Source: Lytechinus pictus (Eukaryota). From it: a stretch of DNA of 64,000 bases. Location of the stretch: positions 10,108,001 through 10,172,000 of the forward strand of contig NC_087263.1 of assembly GCF_037042905.1 (NCBI RefSeq). Direction: 5' to 3'. The position numbers and the translations under genes are program-made. This document shows, in pieces, positions 12,276-25,651 of the stretch (the first letter of the stretch is position 1; every line of letters begins with the position of its first letter). The notes below the pieces were generated by a model. That model searched no databases. It had not been told where the DNA came from and was given only the letters and a program-made list of their open reading frames with translations.

Positions 12276-12939
12276 CTGAAAAATAAACGATTAAAAACAC
12301 AGAAAATTAATTCATGTTACAAAGATGCTAGTTGGTAAGATACCATTCAAATACTGTAAGACACAGAGATAATTATGGTTAGGCCATATATCATTTGGGC
12401 CTTCAGGTACAAGTAGAGATATGATTTATGCCTACTGTTTGACATGATTAATGTCATACTGCCCTCTTTAGGCAGGTGATGAGTATGCCTTACATTTTTT
12501 ATGAATGCAATCTGATGAAAACTACATTGGAGCAATATACTCATCTACAATCATCTGAGGCCAGTAGCACAAAGCATAGTGATCGATCTTACAGTTGATT
12601 CGTAATCTCGATTGCATTCAATGACCAAATGCAATTAAGTGTAAAATCAGTCCTATGACCAATTGCTAATCTTCATGTCACAGGGCCCATATATTTCTCT
12701 TTTGGTGGCAGCGGTGGGATGGAAAGCAGTCCAGTGCCATATAGATCACTGGGGAGCATTGCATGAAACAAAAAATCAGAGATTTTCACTGATTATCGTT
12801 ACAAGGTACTGAAATCCTTGCATCTGATTGGCTCGGATAAAACAGGAAAAAATCACTGATAAAATGTTTCCTGAAAAGCACTCATGTTGTATACTATGGA
12901 ACAGAATGAAGACATTGAAGTAATTTCCTAAATTCACAA

Positions 12940-13094
12940 GGGGAGCGTTTCATCTGCATGTTTGTCCGACAGCAGATCCGACAACTCTCCTTGCTTTTTA
13001 TTGGCTGAGAAGCACTGCTACTATGGTAACTGTTGGACAAAAGCGAGACCCATCCAATATAACGTCTGACAAGTCCTTTCATAAAACTCTCCCC
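12940..13094. mobile_element. Short Harbinger-like MITE (GGGGAGCGTTTCAT TIR family)
   Basis: ggggagcgtttcat ... ataaaactctcccc. Same family as 38575-38722. Confidence 0.6.
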
Positions 13095-13448
13095 AGTATT
13101 TCCAAAGTAATTCAAATATGACTGATTTATAAAGCAATATTACCGATGAGACTACTTGAAATTACAAGTGATATCATAGCAGCTTGCGAATGCGAAAAAA
13201 TAAAAATTTCAATGTCCTCAGCAAATAAATAGACAATTAAATTTGAATAAAGAGACTGCTTTAGGGAGAAAAGAAAAATGGTTTTGATGAGGCGGTAATA
13301 GACATGCCACTCAAATTACGTTTCAATTCTGAATGCCATTCAAGTAAAACCAAAATCAAGGTCGCTACATGTACAGGTGGTCCTTCTTCTATGGGTAGTC
13401 ACTAAAGCAGGACTGACTGCAAATGAAATAATATAAGTACGGATTTAC

Positions 13449-13644
13449 CGTCCAACTATCATGAGCTCAAGCTCATATTTCTTGTTCTGTTTTCGGCTCA
13501 ATTTAGTCATCTCCTGGTCAGAAGGAAACCTCCGGAGAAACCTCCAGATATCCATGGTGAAGATCGTCGAGCCGCTGTTGAAGATCGACGTCAAGGAGCT
13601 CATGAGTGCACTCAGCATCACAGCTAACATAAGGCCACGGATAC
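13449..13644 (-). CDS. SLC5 symporter, coding exon 9
   Basis: aacag|[35 protein letters not shown]...ELMIVG(R)|gtaaat. Contains the conserved ALMSS Na2-site helix. 196 nt, phase 1->2. Confidence 0.96.
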
Positions 13645-16628
13645 CTGTTCAGAATAATTAAAATCAACAAAAATTAATCTTAACTTAACACTGCAAATGT
13701 AATGTATGAATGGAAATTGAGGGACCAAGGGGGGTGTTTCACAAAGAGTTTAGTGTGACGTAAAGTCATGCGTAAATGCCGATGTGTACATGATATTCAA
13801 TGCGAAATCTCCTTGATTAATATGCAGTAGTACCTGTCATCTTGGCATGTCCGGATCAATGTGGTGATGGATTATATACCACACGCAAGTGGGAATTTAA
13901 GTGCGACCTTATTGTCACATTAAAATTTTTGTTAAACATCCCCCTGGGCCCATTATATAAGACTAGCAATTGTTGATTGTTGATTGATTGGCTGATATGG
14001 CCTTTTATTTGCATCCAAGATAAAATCATACATTTAACATGATAAAACAATATTTAAAAGTATTATAAAGAGGCAAGGGATAAAAAAGCAAAATACAATT
14101 TTAGAGATAACAATTACAACAAATGAAAGCACAACATACATGTACAGGATGCAGGGGACCAGCAAAGGCCGAAGGCCTATCAAGGCTAGCCCCCGAACAT
14201 AACATACAAATAAATAAAGTATACACCAATACAAAAGAAAAAAGGGCAAAAACTGATCAAAAATTGATATGACTGACTGAATTGATTATTGTGTATGATC
14301 AATCATAAAAATCAGCCTGAGTATCAATCGTTAAGCTTTATGTTACAGGGTCAAGGGGCCTGTTTCATAAAGGACTTTCAACTGTTGAAACTTTGCCATT
14401 ATGGCAACTACCATGGTAACCTTGATTTTGATTGCACTTACAACAGTTGCAAGTCCTTTACGAAACGGGCCCCAGAAGTTAAACCACAGTATCATGGCAA
14501 TCTTTGATTGAAGGGACTTGCCACAGGAGCATATGGTAATGACAGGAAACTCTTGTGGTTTTAAAAGCAAATTTACCACAAGATATGGGTTGGCAATTCT
14601 ACTGTGTTTCTTTTAAAAATATGCATGCAACGGGGAACAAACTCTGCATTCTATTCTACACAAAAATCATAAAATTTGTTTCAAATGCTTTCATATCTCA
14701 AATTGCACTGCAGAGAGAAGTCCTAGTTCAGATTCCAACAAGAAACTTCAAAGAATGCATTCACAAGACGCATTTAATGTTTTTAATGCAAAGCTCTAAT
14801 AATCATTATTTGATCTCACATTTGCTGCATTTTTATCAATTTCTCTTCCATCATCAAATCATCAATTTTCCATTCTTTAGTAACAAAACATTGTACATCC
14901 ACTAACATTAAACTTCTAGATTTTAAAGTTGATATTTCAGATAATTTAAGAAAATATATATGAAAGAGAATATAAAGAAAGATTGAATTAAAAGTAATAG
15001 GGCAAGAAAAACAATAATTTGTCTAAATTATTGAAGAAAATATATTAACATGTAAATGAGATAAAATAAGATATAATTTCATTTATATTTTAGAAAGGAA
15101 CATGTAAGTATAAAGGGATATATGCTCAAAGTAAAATAACTCACAACTACATTAAACAAACTGTAACAAAATCAAGTGGTTAGTTGAAAAGGAAAAGGAA
15201 GCAGAGTTCAAAATGAACTACATGTACAACTTCATAAGCGCATTACAAATTGATGTAAATAATAAGAACAGATGAATAGGAATTTCCTTAAATACAGAAA
15301 ATAAACAATGTGCTTCTCAATCTTCATTTAAAATGAAGAAAAAATCCTTCCCAGAAACCAAAGTAAATTTGACAGCCTGTTCTCCAATGAATTAGATGTT
15401 ATGCCCTTAAAAAATAAAATCATACAAATTTTCTAAATTTAGAGTAGAACTTTAAATAAGTATCAATCTATTTTGTGAAACTTGATTTCAGATAGAGACA
15501 GGACAACAACAAAAACTCCCAGTAAATTTTATATCAAATTTAACAGTTCTTACTACCAAACCAAAAGCTTATGTACATCTTCCATCAATACATATAATAC
15601 ATGCATGTTAGACTTTGCAAAAGGATTGGTTAAAATGTAAGTCACAGAACTAAAAAAATAATATTTCACGCAATCAAAAGGTGCACTAATTATTAAGAAA
15701 ATGGTATTAAAGGAATCCCTGTAACTGCAATAACTTGATTGAAGATCTATTGTGGCATTCAAATAGCCAACAAACAGGATATTGATCAGGGGAGTGTTAC
15801 TTTTGTGAATCAAATGTTGATTTTGGCTGACTAATTTGTTCTAAGCCAGTCAGATACAAGAATTTCAATTAGCTCTTATAGCTCTCAATTAAAAATTACC
15901 AAGTATTTGTTTCATGAAATCCCCCATGATAAAAAACTGGATACTGGCTCAGAATAGGTCAAAACTGTATTGGCATCGATTGGGTAGACTCAGTACCCAA
16001 TAGGGTCTATTTCGTCAGACTACACCTCATGTATATTCATGGAACAGAATATACCATTATTTCCAACGCATTGATCAGCTCGTCCGGTGTGGTGCAATCG
16101 GGAAATCGATGCGCTATAGTGAGTTCACTGCAGGCAAGATCATTGACGCAGGTTCGAGTCTCGCCTTGAACAATTTTTTTGAAAGTTCTCTTCTTTTAAA
16201 AAAAAATGAGGAAAGACAAAAATTACAAGTCCAAGATTTTTAGTCTGATTCAAAGCCTCCAAAACAGACATACATGTAGCCCTTATCATATGGTTATGAG
16301 TCTGCCAAATCAATGCCAATATATTCTTAACCCTCAGAATACTGCTGACCTCTGCATCCTGCAAGGTATCTATATAAAGTGAATGTTCACCCTGATTACA
16401 AGTTGGTGTTTATATTTAAAAAAATATTAATATTGGTGAAGGTTGATGAAAATCAGTCAAAGAAAAATGAAGTTCTGAATTTGTAAGGTGTTGCTTTTGT
16501 GATGTCACAGATGATAAGCTCCTCCATATGGCCCATGATATATATTTTATATATGTAATTTCCTATAAAAAATAACAAAAGTGATTATATTAGTGAGGTG
16601 GATATATCATCATACATATCACCCCATT

Positions 16629-16985
16629 ACCCTTTCTATGGAACTTGTTTACCATGTGTTAACAGTGTGTTCACAGTTCACACTTTGAACATGTTCAAAG
16701 TGTGTTTGCATGAAGGACTATGTGATAATGTCATTTATGCTATGGAATGCTCATAAATCAAACAGTGCGAAGAATGATTTTACACCGTGTCCCACACTGT
16801 AAACACACTGTGAGCAAACTGTAAACAGACTGTGAACAGACTGTGAGCACATCATAAACACACTAAGAATACATTGTATACACACTGTGTATATGGTGTG
16901 GATACAGTGCCAACATACTGTGGACAGACTGCGAACACACTACGAGATGCACTGTGGAATGCTGTACTGTTTCCCAAAGGGATGT
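16629..16985. repeat. Element with weak TIRs carrying a roughly 11 bp CACACTGT minisatellite
   Basis: Repeated cacactgt/cagactgt units at 16790-16970, inverted copies (acagtgtg) near 16662-16705, ends accctttctatggaac / gtttcccaaaggga. Confidence 0.45.
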
Positions 16986-17589
16986 ATAATAATAAAGGGG
17001 GAAAGGGGGACTACTGTACAACAAACTTGTATATCTACTGCTTGGCAAAGTAACACTTGCACATTCAACAAAAAGCAACTTCAAAGAAACTTTAAACCAA
17101 GTAAAGACAGAGTCCTGGTATGAGTCATTGGTGTGCTAGCTTGCTCATTTCCACTTTAAAAACAATTTATGATTCCACAATGCAAGATTGCGCAATATAA
17201 AGGTGGGTAATTGATCTCAGAAAAACATCACAACATTCAAACCATTTTTTAGCTGGTAGCCTCACAATTACGCATGGTTTTAGTTAGTATAGTTAGAGAA
17301 AAAACATGAATGAAACTCAATGTGTTTGGTGGCCAGTGGGTGACACATACTTTTGCTCGGACTGCAACAATGGCTCCATGCTTTATTTTGTCTGAGATGT
17401 AGGTTTAGGGTTGCAAAAGGCGATTTCTATTAGGTTTAGGGTTACATTTAGGGTTAGGTATAGTGTTAAATCCGTGGTTGAAGTTAGTCATTCAGTTAGT
17501 AAGTGGAATTTATAGCAGAGAAAACATCATGCTTTTGCTTGAAATAGCAAACATGTCCATAACATAGTTATTTCTGAATGGCATTTACA

Positions 17590-17879
17590 TTATAATAATA
17601 TGTCCATTTATTTAGCGCAGTTACTATGTGCATATACTCAAATGCGCTTTGATACTTGGTATCGCATTACTACCCCGGCTGTAGCTAAGCCGCCATATTA
17701 ATAGGCGCTAAAGAGTTCAAGGAATAATTCCTACCGGGTACCCATTCACCTCAACAGGGTCAAGTGCAGCACAATGTGGATAAATTTCTTGCCGAAGGAA
17801 ATTACGTCATGGCTGGGATTCGAACCCACGACCCTCTGTTTCAAAGTCCGGAGACTAATCCACTGGGCCACAACGCTCC
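17590..17879 (-). mobile_element. tRNA-derived SINE (near full length)
   Basis: Minus strand: ggagcgttgtggcccagtggattag...gggttcgaatcccagcc...tgtgctgcacttgaccc...(ATT) tail. Confidence 0.8.
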
Positions 17880-18435
17880 ACATTCTGATATGGGAGGTGC
17901 TGGGCATTAAAGTGGATGCAATGTGCAGATTTGTTTTATCTGTGTCCATTATTTTGCAGGTGTGGGGCTATGGGCCGAAAAAAAGGTTGAGTCATGACCT
18001 TCATGAATTATAACAGTTTCTTGAGAAAGACCCTAGAGAGAAGATCCTCACATCTATGTTGTCTTAGCAGTAGGCAACAATAACTTCTTTCAATGCTTGA
18101 GAAGGTAATTTCACAGTGCAACAACGTGACCAGTTCTCAAATTCAGCTGGATCAAGCCTTCAAACAACACAGACTGGTACCATACTTTAAAGGTATACAA
18201 GACTATAAATAGTGATGATATTACACCTGTAACTGGACTGCAATGCATTTCAATTTCATTAATACTGTTCAAAGGAATATTTCATACACGTGGCACATAG
18301 GCAGAGGCAATTGATACTGGTTGGCTGTTCAAACCTGTTTTTGAAGTTACGCACCGCTTTACGCGAGATGGGTGAATTGCTCCTCAGATCTAAATCGCAT
18401 CCTCATATTGTTAGATTGAATTCGAATCAACATTT

Positions 18436-18737
18436 CAGGGTTCTTAGCTTTTCAAGAACAAAAATTCCCTGATTTTTCCCTGACGAAGTTTAAAAATTCC
18501 CTGATAAATTTCTAAACCCAATTAGTAACACCATAACATTCATTCAATGGATATTGTTTTGATATGCAACAAAATATAACAAAGTCTGACTGACTACCGT
18601 GCTTGCCACGACTTTTGGGCTGATCAAAATTCCCTGATTTTCCCCTGATTTGAGGTATTAAAAAAAATCAAATTCCCTGATTTTTTCCCTGACTGGAAAA
18701 AAGTAAAATAATTTTCCCTGATGGGCTGGGAACCCTG
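18436..18737. mobile_element. MITE with CAGGGTT termini and internal TTCCCTGA repeats
   Basis: cagggttc ... gaaccctg, with many ttccctga subterminal repeats. Confidence 0.6.
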
Positions 18738-19283
18738 CGTTTAGTTCCAGAGGTTAAGTATTAAAATATTCATAAAAATTTATGTTGTTAACTATCAACT
18801 GAATACAAAGTTCATTTTCTAAATTTGATCATGATTTGGAAAAAAAGATTTTCCCTCCCACTATGTTGAAGTGGACTCAGAGTGACTGCGATTGAAATAA
18901 AAATGACATTGATAAGAGCGTGGTTAACTCATACTTCCCATCTTGAATATTCATTACAGATATTTTGACTTTTGTTTTGAAACAAGTCGTCTTCCCTCTA
19001 GGGTTCATCTTAAAGGGAGAAAGTGATAATTAGTTTCCTCAGGACAGAATTGGAGCTATTTTTCCTCTTTAACTATGGTGAAAGGTAAAACTATTACGTG
19101 TCTTCCTTCTGTCAGTATTCATGAAAATTAAATTTATCACACATCAATTACATGTAGTTCTTCCTGAATATAATCCTGTATCCCTTTTAGCAAACCAAAT
19201 TCTTGCTTTGATATACATACCTTGCGACCAGCTTGCTTCAACATCTCTGTCCTGTTTTGAATGAACCATGTTTAGTTAAGAGT

Positions 19284-19853
19284 TTAAAGGGTACTCTTGG
19301 CTGAAAATGGGATGATTTGAACTTTTAAAGTAAATTCAGACTATCAAAATACTGAAAATTTCATCAAAATTGGACAAAGAATAACAAAATTGACATTTTC
19401 AAAGTTTGCATTATTTCAGCGAAACATTTCTATGCATGTCTTCATGAATATGCATTGAGCAAAATGATTGTCATATCCCTACTGATACTTTTATATTTTA
19501 TTATATGAAATTATACGTATTCAAATTTTCACCTCCCAGAAAGTAAAACTACAACTGACTACTGATAGTCACTGGTAATTACACACATATATGAAAATAT
19601 TTTAATAATGATTTCATGTAATAACATTATAACATAAGAAACAGGGAAAGTGGGGATATGAGATAATCAGCCTACCTATTGCATATTTATGACGGCTTGC
19701 AAATAAATCTTTTCACAAAATATTGCTAAACTTTATAATTTGATAACTATTCAATTTTTTTATCAGATTCTGATGAAATATTCAGTATATTACTTTGGTG
19801 AATTTTACTTTATCAAGATATGATTATGATTTCAGCATTGAGTACCCCTATAA
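19284..19853. mobile_element. Kolobok/T2-like MITE, family B
   Basis: ttaaagggtactc...gctgaaa / ttcagcattgagtacccctataa. Homologous to 41852-42479. Confidence 0.65.
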
Positions 19854-20164
19854 GGCCCCATTGTAATAGAGAATGTATGACAAAGGACAGAAAGGTTCCA
19901 GGAATTCTTAATATTACAATCAGATTCAATGGAATAAAACTGACAACCAAATTGATTCCCCTTCCACGCATACAGCAAAGATAATTCTCTCTGACTTCCA
20001 CGTTTTTATGGTATTAAGACAAAGTAGTAGAAACATGCAATATATTCCTTGTTCATCAATTGTGACCAACCACCCCAAAATCAACAATAAATCACAGGAG
20101 AAGGCAAGAAAAAAATAATTTGCTTATCTGAAAAGGGGTCTCTTCTTCTTCATGATGCCAAAAC

Positions 20165-20770
20165 TTAAAGGTCAAGTCCACCCAGAAAAAATGTTGAGTT
20201 GAATAAATAGAGAAAAATCTAACAAGCATAACACTGAAAATTTCATCAAAATCGGATGTAAAATAAGAAAGTTATGACATTTAAAAGTCTCGCTTATTTT
20301 TCACAAAACAGTGATATGCACAACTCTGTGACATGCAAATGAGACAGACGAGTATGTCCCTCACTAACTATTTCTTTTAATTTTTATTGTTTTAATTATA
20401 CAATATTTCATTTTTTGCAGATTTGACAATAAGGACCAACTTGACTGAAACATATATGTAGTATTAAAGAATGCTAATTCCACATGTTCAGGAAGGAATT
20501 AATCGTTGCTTCACTTGACAATGAAGAAAAAATATTTCATATTTCATAAAATAAAATACAACAGGCTTAGTGAGTGGATGATGTTCATCAGTCTCCTCAT
20601 TTGCATACCGATCAGGATGTGCATATAACTGTTTTGTGAAATTAAGTGAAACTTTGAAATGTAATAACTTTCTTACTTTACATCAAATTTTGATGAAATT
20701 TTCAGTGTTATAATTGTTGGATTGTTTCTCTTTACGTCAGCATTTTGTGGGGGTGGACTTGTCCTTTTAA
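20165..20770. mobile_element. Kolobok/T2-like MITE, family A
   Basis: TTAA|AGGTCAAGTCCACC ... GGTGGACTTGTCCT|TTTAA, long imperfect TIRs, about 600 bp. At least five similar full copies in the window. Confidence 0.8.
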
Positions 20771-23237
20771 GATAAAAACTTAAACAAAAGACAACATACA
20801 GGAGTATCAGATAGCACAGTGTGGACATCTCAAGCTTGGGTGACCCCTGAACTTCAAGCCTTGTTTTCTCCTTATTTTTTTTTTAGGATGTAAAACCTGA
20901 AATCCTTGAATTTGATTGGTTGTTGAACACCGTTACCATGGTAGCTAATGGTAAAGTCACTATTTTAGTAAGTTTTATGGAACATGGTCCTAGGGATATG
21001 ATTGGATGGTGGTTATAACTAGGGAACATGTTGAACTTTAGACATTCGTGACCTCAACACATAAAACCATGTGTCAATTAACTTAAATAAAGGAACCTAG
21101 TTGTTTCTGCTGGAAGCCAACAGGAAACTGTCATGGACAAGAAAAAAATTTAGATCACAATTTTTTCCACTACTGAATGGTAGATGTTGTGTCTGTAAGT
21201 ACTGATCCTCAAAGATGTCAGCTTTGTTCAGCAAAACAACTAAAACTAAATTATCTAGAAACTTAATTCTAAGAACTGGGTTGCTCCTTTAATAGGGTAT
21301 AAGGAAAACAGCCATGGAATAAATGTTGCCTCACGATTAATCCTGATATTTAATTGGAGATTATGTGCCTAAATATTCAGTAAAATATTAAAAATGACAT
21401 ATCATGAAGACCTTCGGTCCATTAATTTAAATATGCATGTAAGAAAAGGCCTAGCTGCCTTAGACCAGCAGGAGAAATCAGAAATAGACACTAAAAAAAA
21501 TCATAAATCTGTCTTACACTGACTTACAGATTCTGTGCATATAGATATTTGGAGATATATCAGCTTCATGTTTAGCAAAGCAATTAAAAACTGAACGATC
21601 AGTCAAAAAAAAAATATATATAGGAACTTGGCTGTTCCTGTTTAGGACAACAACAAAGCAGTCACAGACATTAAAAAAATGTTGTTTCACAATGTTTTTT
21701 CCTTGTACTGAATTATAATAAATTTTAAATATCTTAGGATTGATTATGGTGTTGATTTATTACCTGATTGCTAGAAAGCATGAATTCTGGTTGTACGCAA
21801 GCAATCAAAGGATCGACAGCTTAAGGTCCTCTCCGAGGAACTAGTTATGAGGATCAATGCCTTAATTACCAAAGGGCACTAGCGCACCAAGTGGGAATCG
21901 AACTTGGATTACCGGAATCCGAAACCCCCGCTGTGCAAATCCAAATGAGTATATTCCCAATAATGTAGCTGATGTGATTGATATATGTTGCACATTAATA
22001 ATCAATTTCGATTGAGGGGCAGCACCATGATTTTTTGGTTTGGAGGGAGGGGAAGACTAAATGTACCTAAATATGACATTTTTTCTCTCAATTCAATAAT
22101 AGGGGGATAATAAACGTCTATGGACATGTATTATTCTACATGGTCTGCTCTGATTATTCTACATTATGTTTTTGATAATCCACTATCAATTTGACTTTAT
22201 AAGATCATAGCCTTTTGTCTCTTTACTTCATGCTTTGTTTGGCAAGAGAATAAGAGATTAGTTAGGTGTTTCATCCAATCAAACTCTAGATTTATGTTGT
22301 TACACCTTATGTACTTTTCGTATTATACACTTATAGATAATAATCTCATGTACTGTATTGACATTATGAACATATATGAATGAATAATTAAATAAAAAAA
22401 ATTAATAAATTAATCAATTGATAGAAAAAATTAATAAATAAAATGAATAAATAAATAAATAAAATAAATAAATGAATAATAAAGCACACTATGATGAGTC
22501 AATCTACAGGGACTTCAAAGAGCAAAGCTGATTTTAAATAATGCATATATTTGTAGGAAATACCAGAGTATGACTCATTTATTCTCAACTATTCTTGGAC
22601 AAACTAGTTATCAGCCTCTTCTTTTAATACCGGATTTTAATTTTTTTCAAAAGAGAGAAAAAAATAGTCATTTATTGCAATGGAGAAAAAAGACCATTCT
22701 TGGCACCAAGCTTACTCATGTGAGAGTCATTTCAGTGTTTGTTTTTTTAACATGAGAATAATTTGGATAGACCTACTAAATAAGATTGAGACACGTTCAT
22801 GAAAATAAATACAAAATGAAGTACACAGATTATTATTAATACAGATGACTACCAAGTAGGATGGGGGGTTGGGTGTCCGGACACTTTATATTTTTGAAGC
22901 CTTCTTTTTTGTCTTTGGATTACACTAAAAATATGAATTCAATAGTTGTAATCGTCTTCTATTTTGTTCTCTATAATATTTCCTAACATTTTGTACTAAA
23001 AATTGATGAAACTTTGCATGTAATTTTTTCCAAATGACTTTCTAAAATTGATCGTCCGGACACACAACCTGTCCAAGCACACAACAACTGGGTATATAAT
23101 CTCAAAAATTTCTACCATAATTTATTGTCACTGTTTTGACCCTAATGACTGTTCTCGATGGAAAATATTTGAGCACATAGAATGCAGAAAATCAGAATCA
23201 TTTTTAACACATTATTATTATCATAAGAACAATACAG

Positions 23238-23797
23238 TGGGTTCACAATATGGTACGCCATCTATCACTTGCAGCGAACAGGCCAAATCTCTAACTTTGG
23301 GGTCGACATCGCGCACAAGCCCTCAGAGCTAGTGCTACAAAAATGGAAACCATATGGCAAGAATTCACCAAAAACGGTCTAAATTTCGCAAGAAATATGC
23401 AGGCCAATATATTCTCTCCTACCTCCTGGACCTTAGCTATAAGCATATCCGGTCGAGCCGTGTCGGTCAGCGCTAAATAACTGCATGCATGCATTCACTT
23501 TTATACAAATTATAGTAATAGCACCAGTGGCGTACCTAGGAGTTTCCACAGGGGGGGCAAATTCGTCCGCCAAAAAATTTGACAAGCAAAAAAAAAAAAA
23601 AAAGTCTTCAAGACTCCTCAGGGGGGGGAGGGATATGTCCCTTGCATGGGTTGTGACTCGTCAGGGGGGGCAGTCTGCCCCCCCGTAGGTACACTAGTGA
23701 ATAGCATGTGCGACAGATGTCGACTTTTCCCATGATGCATTGCGAATTCGGTGTGTCCACAGCAACCGATAGATGGCGCACCGTATTGTGAATCCAC
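23238..23797. mobile_element. MITE containing a nested CAGTGGCGTA-type mini element (about 23525-23699)
   Basis: TIR gtgggttcacaatatggtacgccatctatc / gatagatggcgcaccgtattgtgaatccac. Partial inverted copy of the same family at about 60780-60995. Confidence 0.65.
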
Positions 23798-23906
23798 CTA
23801 ACCACATAATGAGTTACATGTAGAGCAAGGAAAATTAATGTGTCATAAAGTATTAAGTAAATTAAGTCAAGCTAGATACATGTATGTTAGATGAACTAAT
23901 CAACAC

Positions 23907-24600
23907 TTAAAGGGGAATGAAACCTTTGGAACAAAATCAAAGAATAAGAACAAAGAAAGTTTGAGAAAAATCGGACAAATAATGAGAAAGTTATGAGCAT
24001 TTGAATATTGCCATCACTAATGCTATGGAGATGCTCCTATTGGCAATGCGACAAGGATGTGTGATGTCACATGTGAACAACTTTCCCTTTGATGGACTAT
24101 AAAATATCCTCAAAATGTCTCTTTTTGCTTTTTCTTATGGTGATACAAACTCTTTATCCATGATGTATTCTTTACATATCTGTATTACATGCCCTCCTAT
24201 AGAAAGAACACATGATCTACTGATAGATGTGATAATACAGGCAGTTTAAGTGAAATATATACTAAAGTAATGGGGAGAGTTGTTCACAAGTGACATCACG
24301 CATCTTTGTCTCATTGCCAATTTGAGGATCTCCATAGCATTATGATCGCAATATTCAAATGCTCGTAACTTTCTCATTATTTGTCCGATTTTTCTCAAAC
24401 TTTTGTTAATCTGTTTCTTTGATTTTTCTGTTTTCTCATTGCCAATTTGAGGATCTCCATAGCATTAGTGATCGCAATATTCAAATTCTCATAACTTTCT
24501 CATAATTTCCCAATTTTTCTCAAACTTTTGTTTATCTGTTTCTTTGATTTTTCTGTTTTCACACAAGCTATCTTGTTCCATAGATTGTATTCTCCTTTAA
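23907..24600. mobile_element. Kolobok/T2-like MITE, family C, with internal tandem duplication
   Basis: ttaaaggggaatgaaacc ... ttctcctttaa. The segment tctcattgccaatttgaggatctcc...gatttttctgtttt occurs twice (about 24309-24433 and 24434-24558). Confidence 0.75.
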
Positions 24601-24689
24601 GTTTACATGTACATCTTGAATGGAAGATTAATCACTATGTTCTGTGCAATGGGGCCCTAGTGTGACTATGTACAATATTGCATACAAAC

Positions 24690-24791
24690 CTTTAGGGAGT
24701 ACATTCATGACAAGAAGAGGGTAGGCGAGGTTGGAACAGCCGTCTTTAGAGCCACAGATCTCCTCACAATTATCGGTGCAGGCCACAATAT
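24690..24791 (-). CDS. SLC5 symporter, coding exon 8
   Basis: ttccag|AT; (D)IVACTDNCEEICGSKDGCSNLAYPLLVMNVLPK(G)|gtttgt, the SGLT/SMIT Cys-rich loop. 102 nt, phase 1->1. Confidence 0.95.
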
Positions 24792-24847
24792 CTGGAAAAG
24801 AAAATTAAATGAATGCAAGACACTTTGAATGTCATGTTTGTTAACTT

Positions 24848-25142
24848 CGTGGCCCAGTGGATTAGTCTCCGGACTTTGAAACAGAGGGTCGTGGGTTCAA
24901 ATCCCAGCCATGGCGTAATTTCCTTCAGCAAGGAATTCATCCACAGTGTACTGCACTCGAACCAGGTGAGGTACATGTAAATGGGTACTGGCAGGAAGTA
25001 ATTCCTCAAAAAGCTGTGTGCACCTGAATAGGTAGCCTAGCTTAGCCGGGTACCTAATAATAATAACAGGCCCCGCTGGGAGAACAGTTTTCAGAACTGA
25101 AGTGGCTACCGACCCTGGGTAAATACCGTTATTATTATTAAT
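24848..25142 (+). mobile_element. tRNA-derived SINE
   Basis: gtggcccagtggattag...gggttcaaatcccagcc...(ATT)n tail. Head nearly identical to the 17590-17879 copy. Confidence 0.8.
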
Positions 25143-25651
25143 TTTCATGGACAGGGGCGGAGCCAGAATGTCAGAAAAGGGAGGGGAGATTTTTTGTCAT
25201 GCCCTCCCTCCCCCAACTATTGTAGAGGTGGGTGGGTGGGGGAGGGGCAGGGAAGTCATGTGACCACTTATCCTGGAAGGCCATGTGACCTTGCATTGAC
25301 TCCATTGTCTATCTGTATCATTTCAATTACATTATAACTGTAGCTCGGGCTGCTTTCAATATGACCCTTGTCATGTGATCACTCTACTTGGGAAGTCATG
25401 TGATCTAACACCAAGAAGTGGGGGGGGGGGTACATACAAGGCATGTCCTTAGACTTTCTTCATTACAGATGTACTGTAAATGATTACCCTTCTTGCCAGT
25501 CATGTGACCTTTTTGTAAAAGGCCTATGACCCATGTGACCAATTAATTAAGTCTTTATCAGATTATCTAACTCAATGACACAAATGTGATTACTTTAACA
25601 CATGGCAATAGGGCCTAATGTATGTGATCAATGATGTGTGTGTTATTCATG

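Noticed and set aside
16080..16170. tRNA-like segment (ggtgtggtgcaatcgg...ggttcgagtctcgcc)
   Set aside because: Spacing and stems do not fit a functional tRNA; probably a decayed Pol III-derived repeat.
17800..17879. tRNA gene candidates (also about 11030, 24850, 33235, 50950)
   Set aside because: A and B boxes are present, but these heads continue into a shared SINE body or are degenerate fragments, and I could not fold a clean cloverleaf. Treated as SINE heads.
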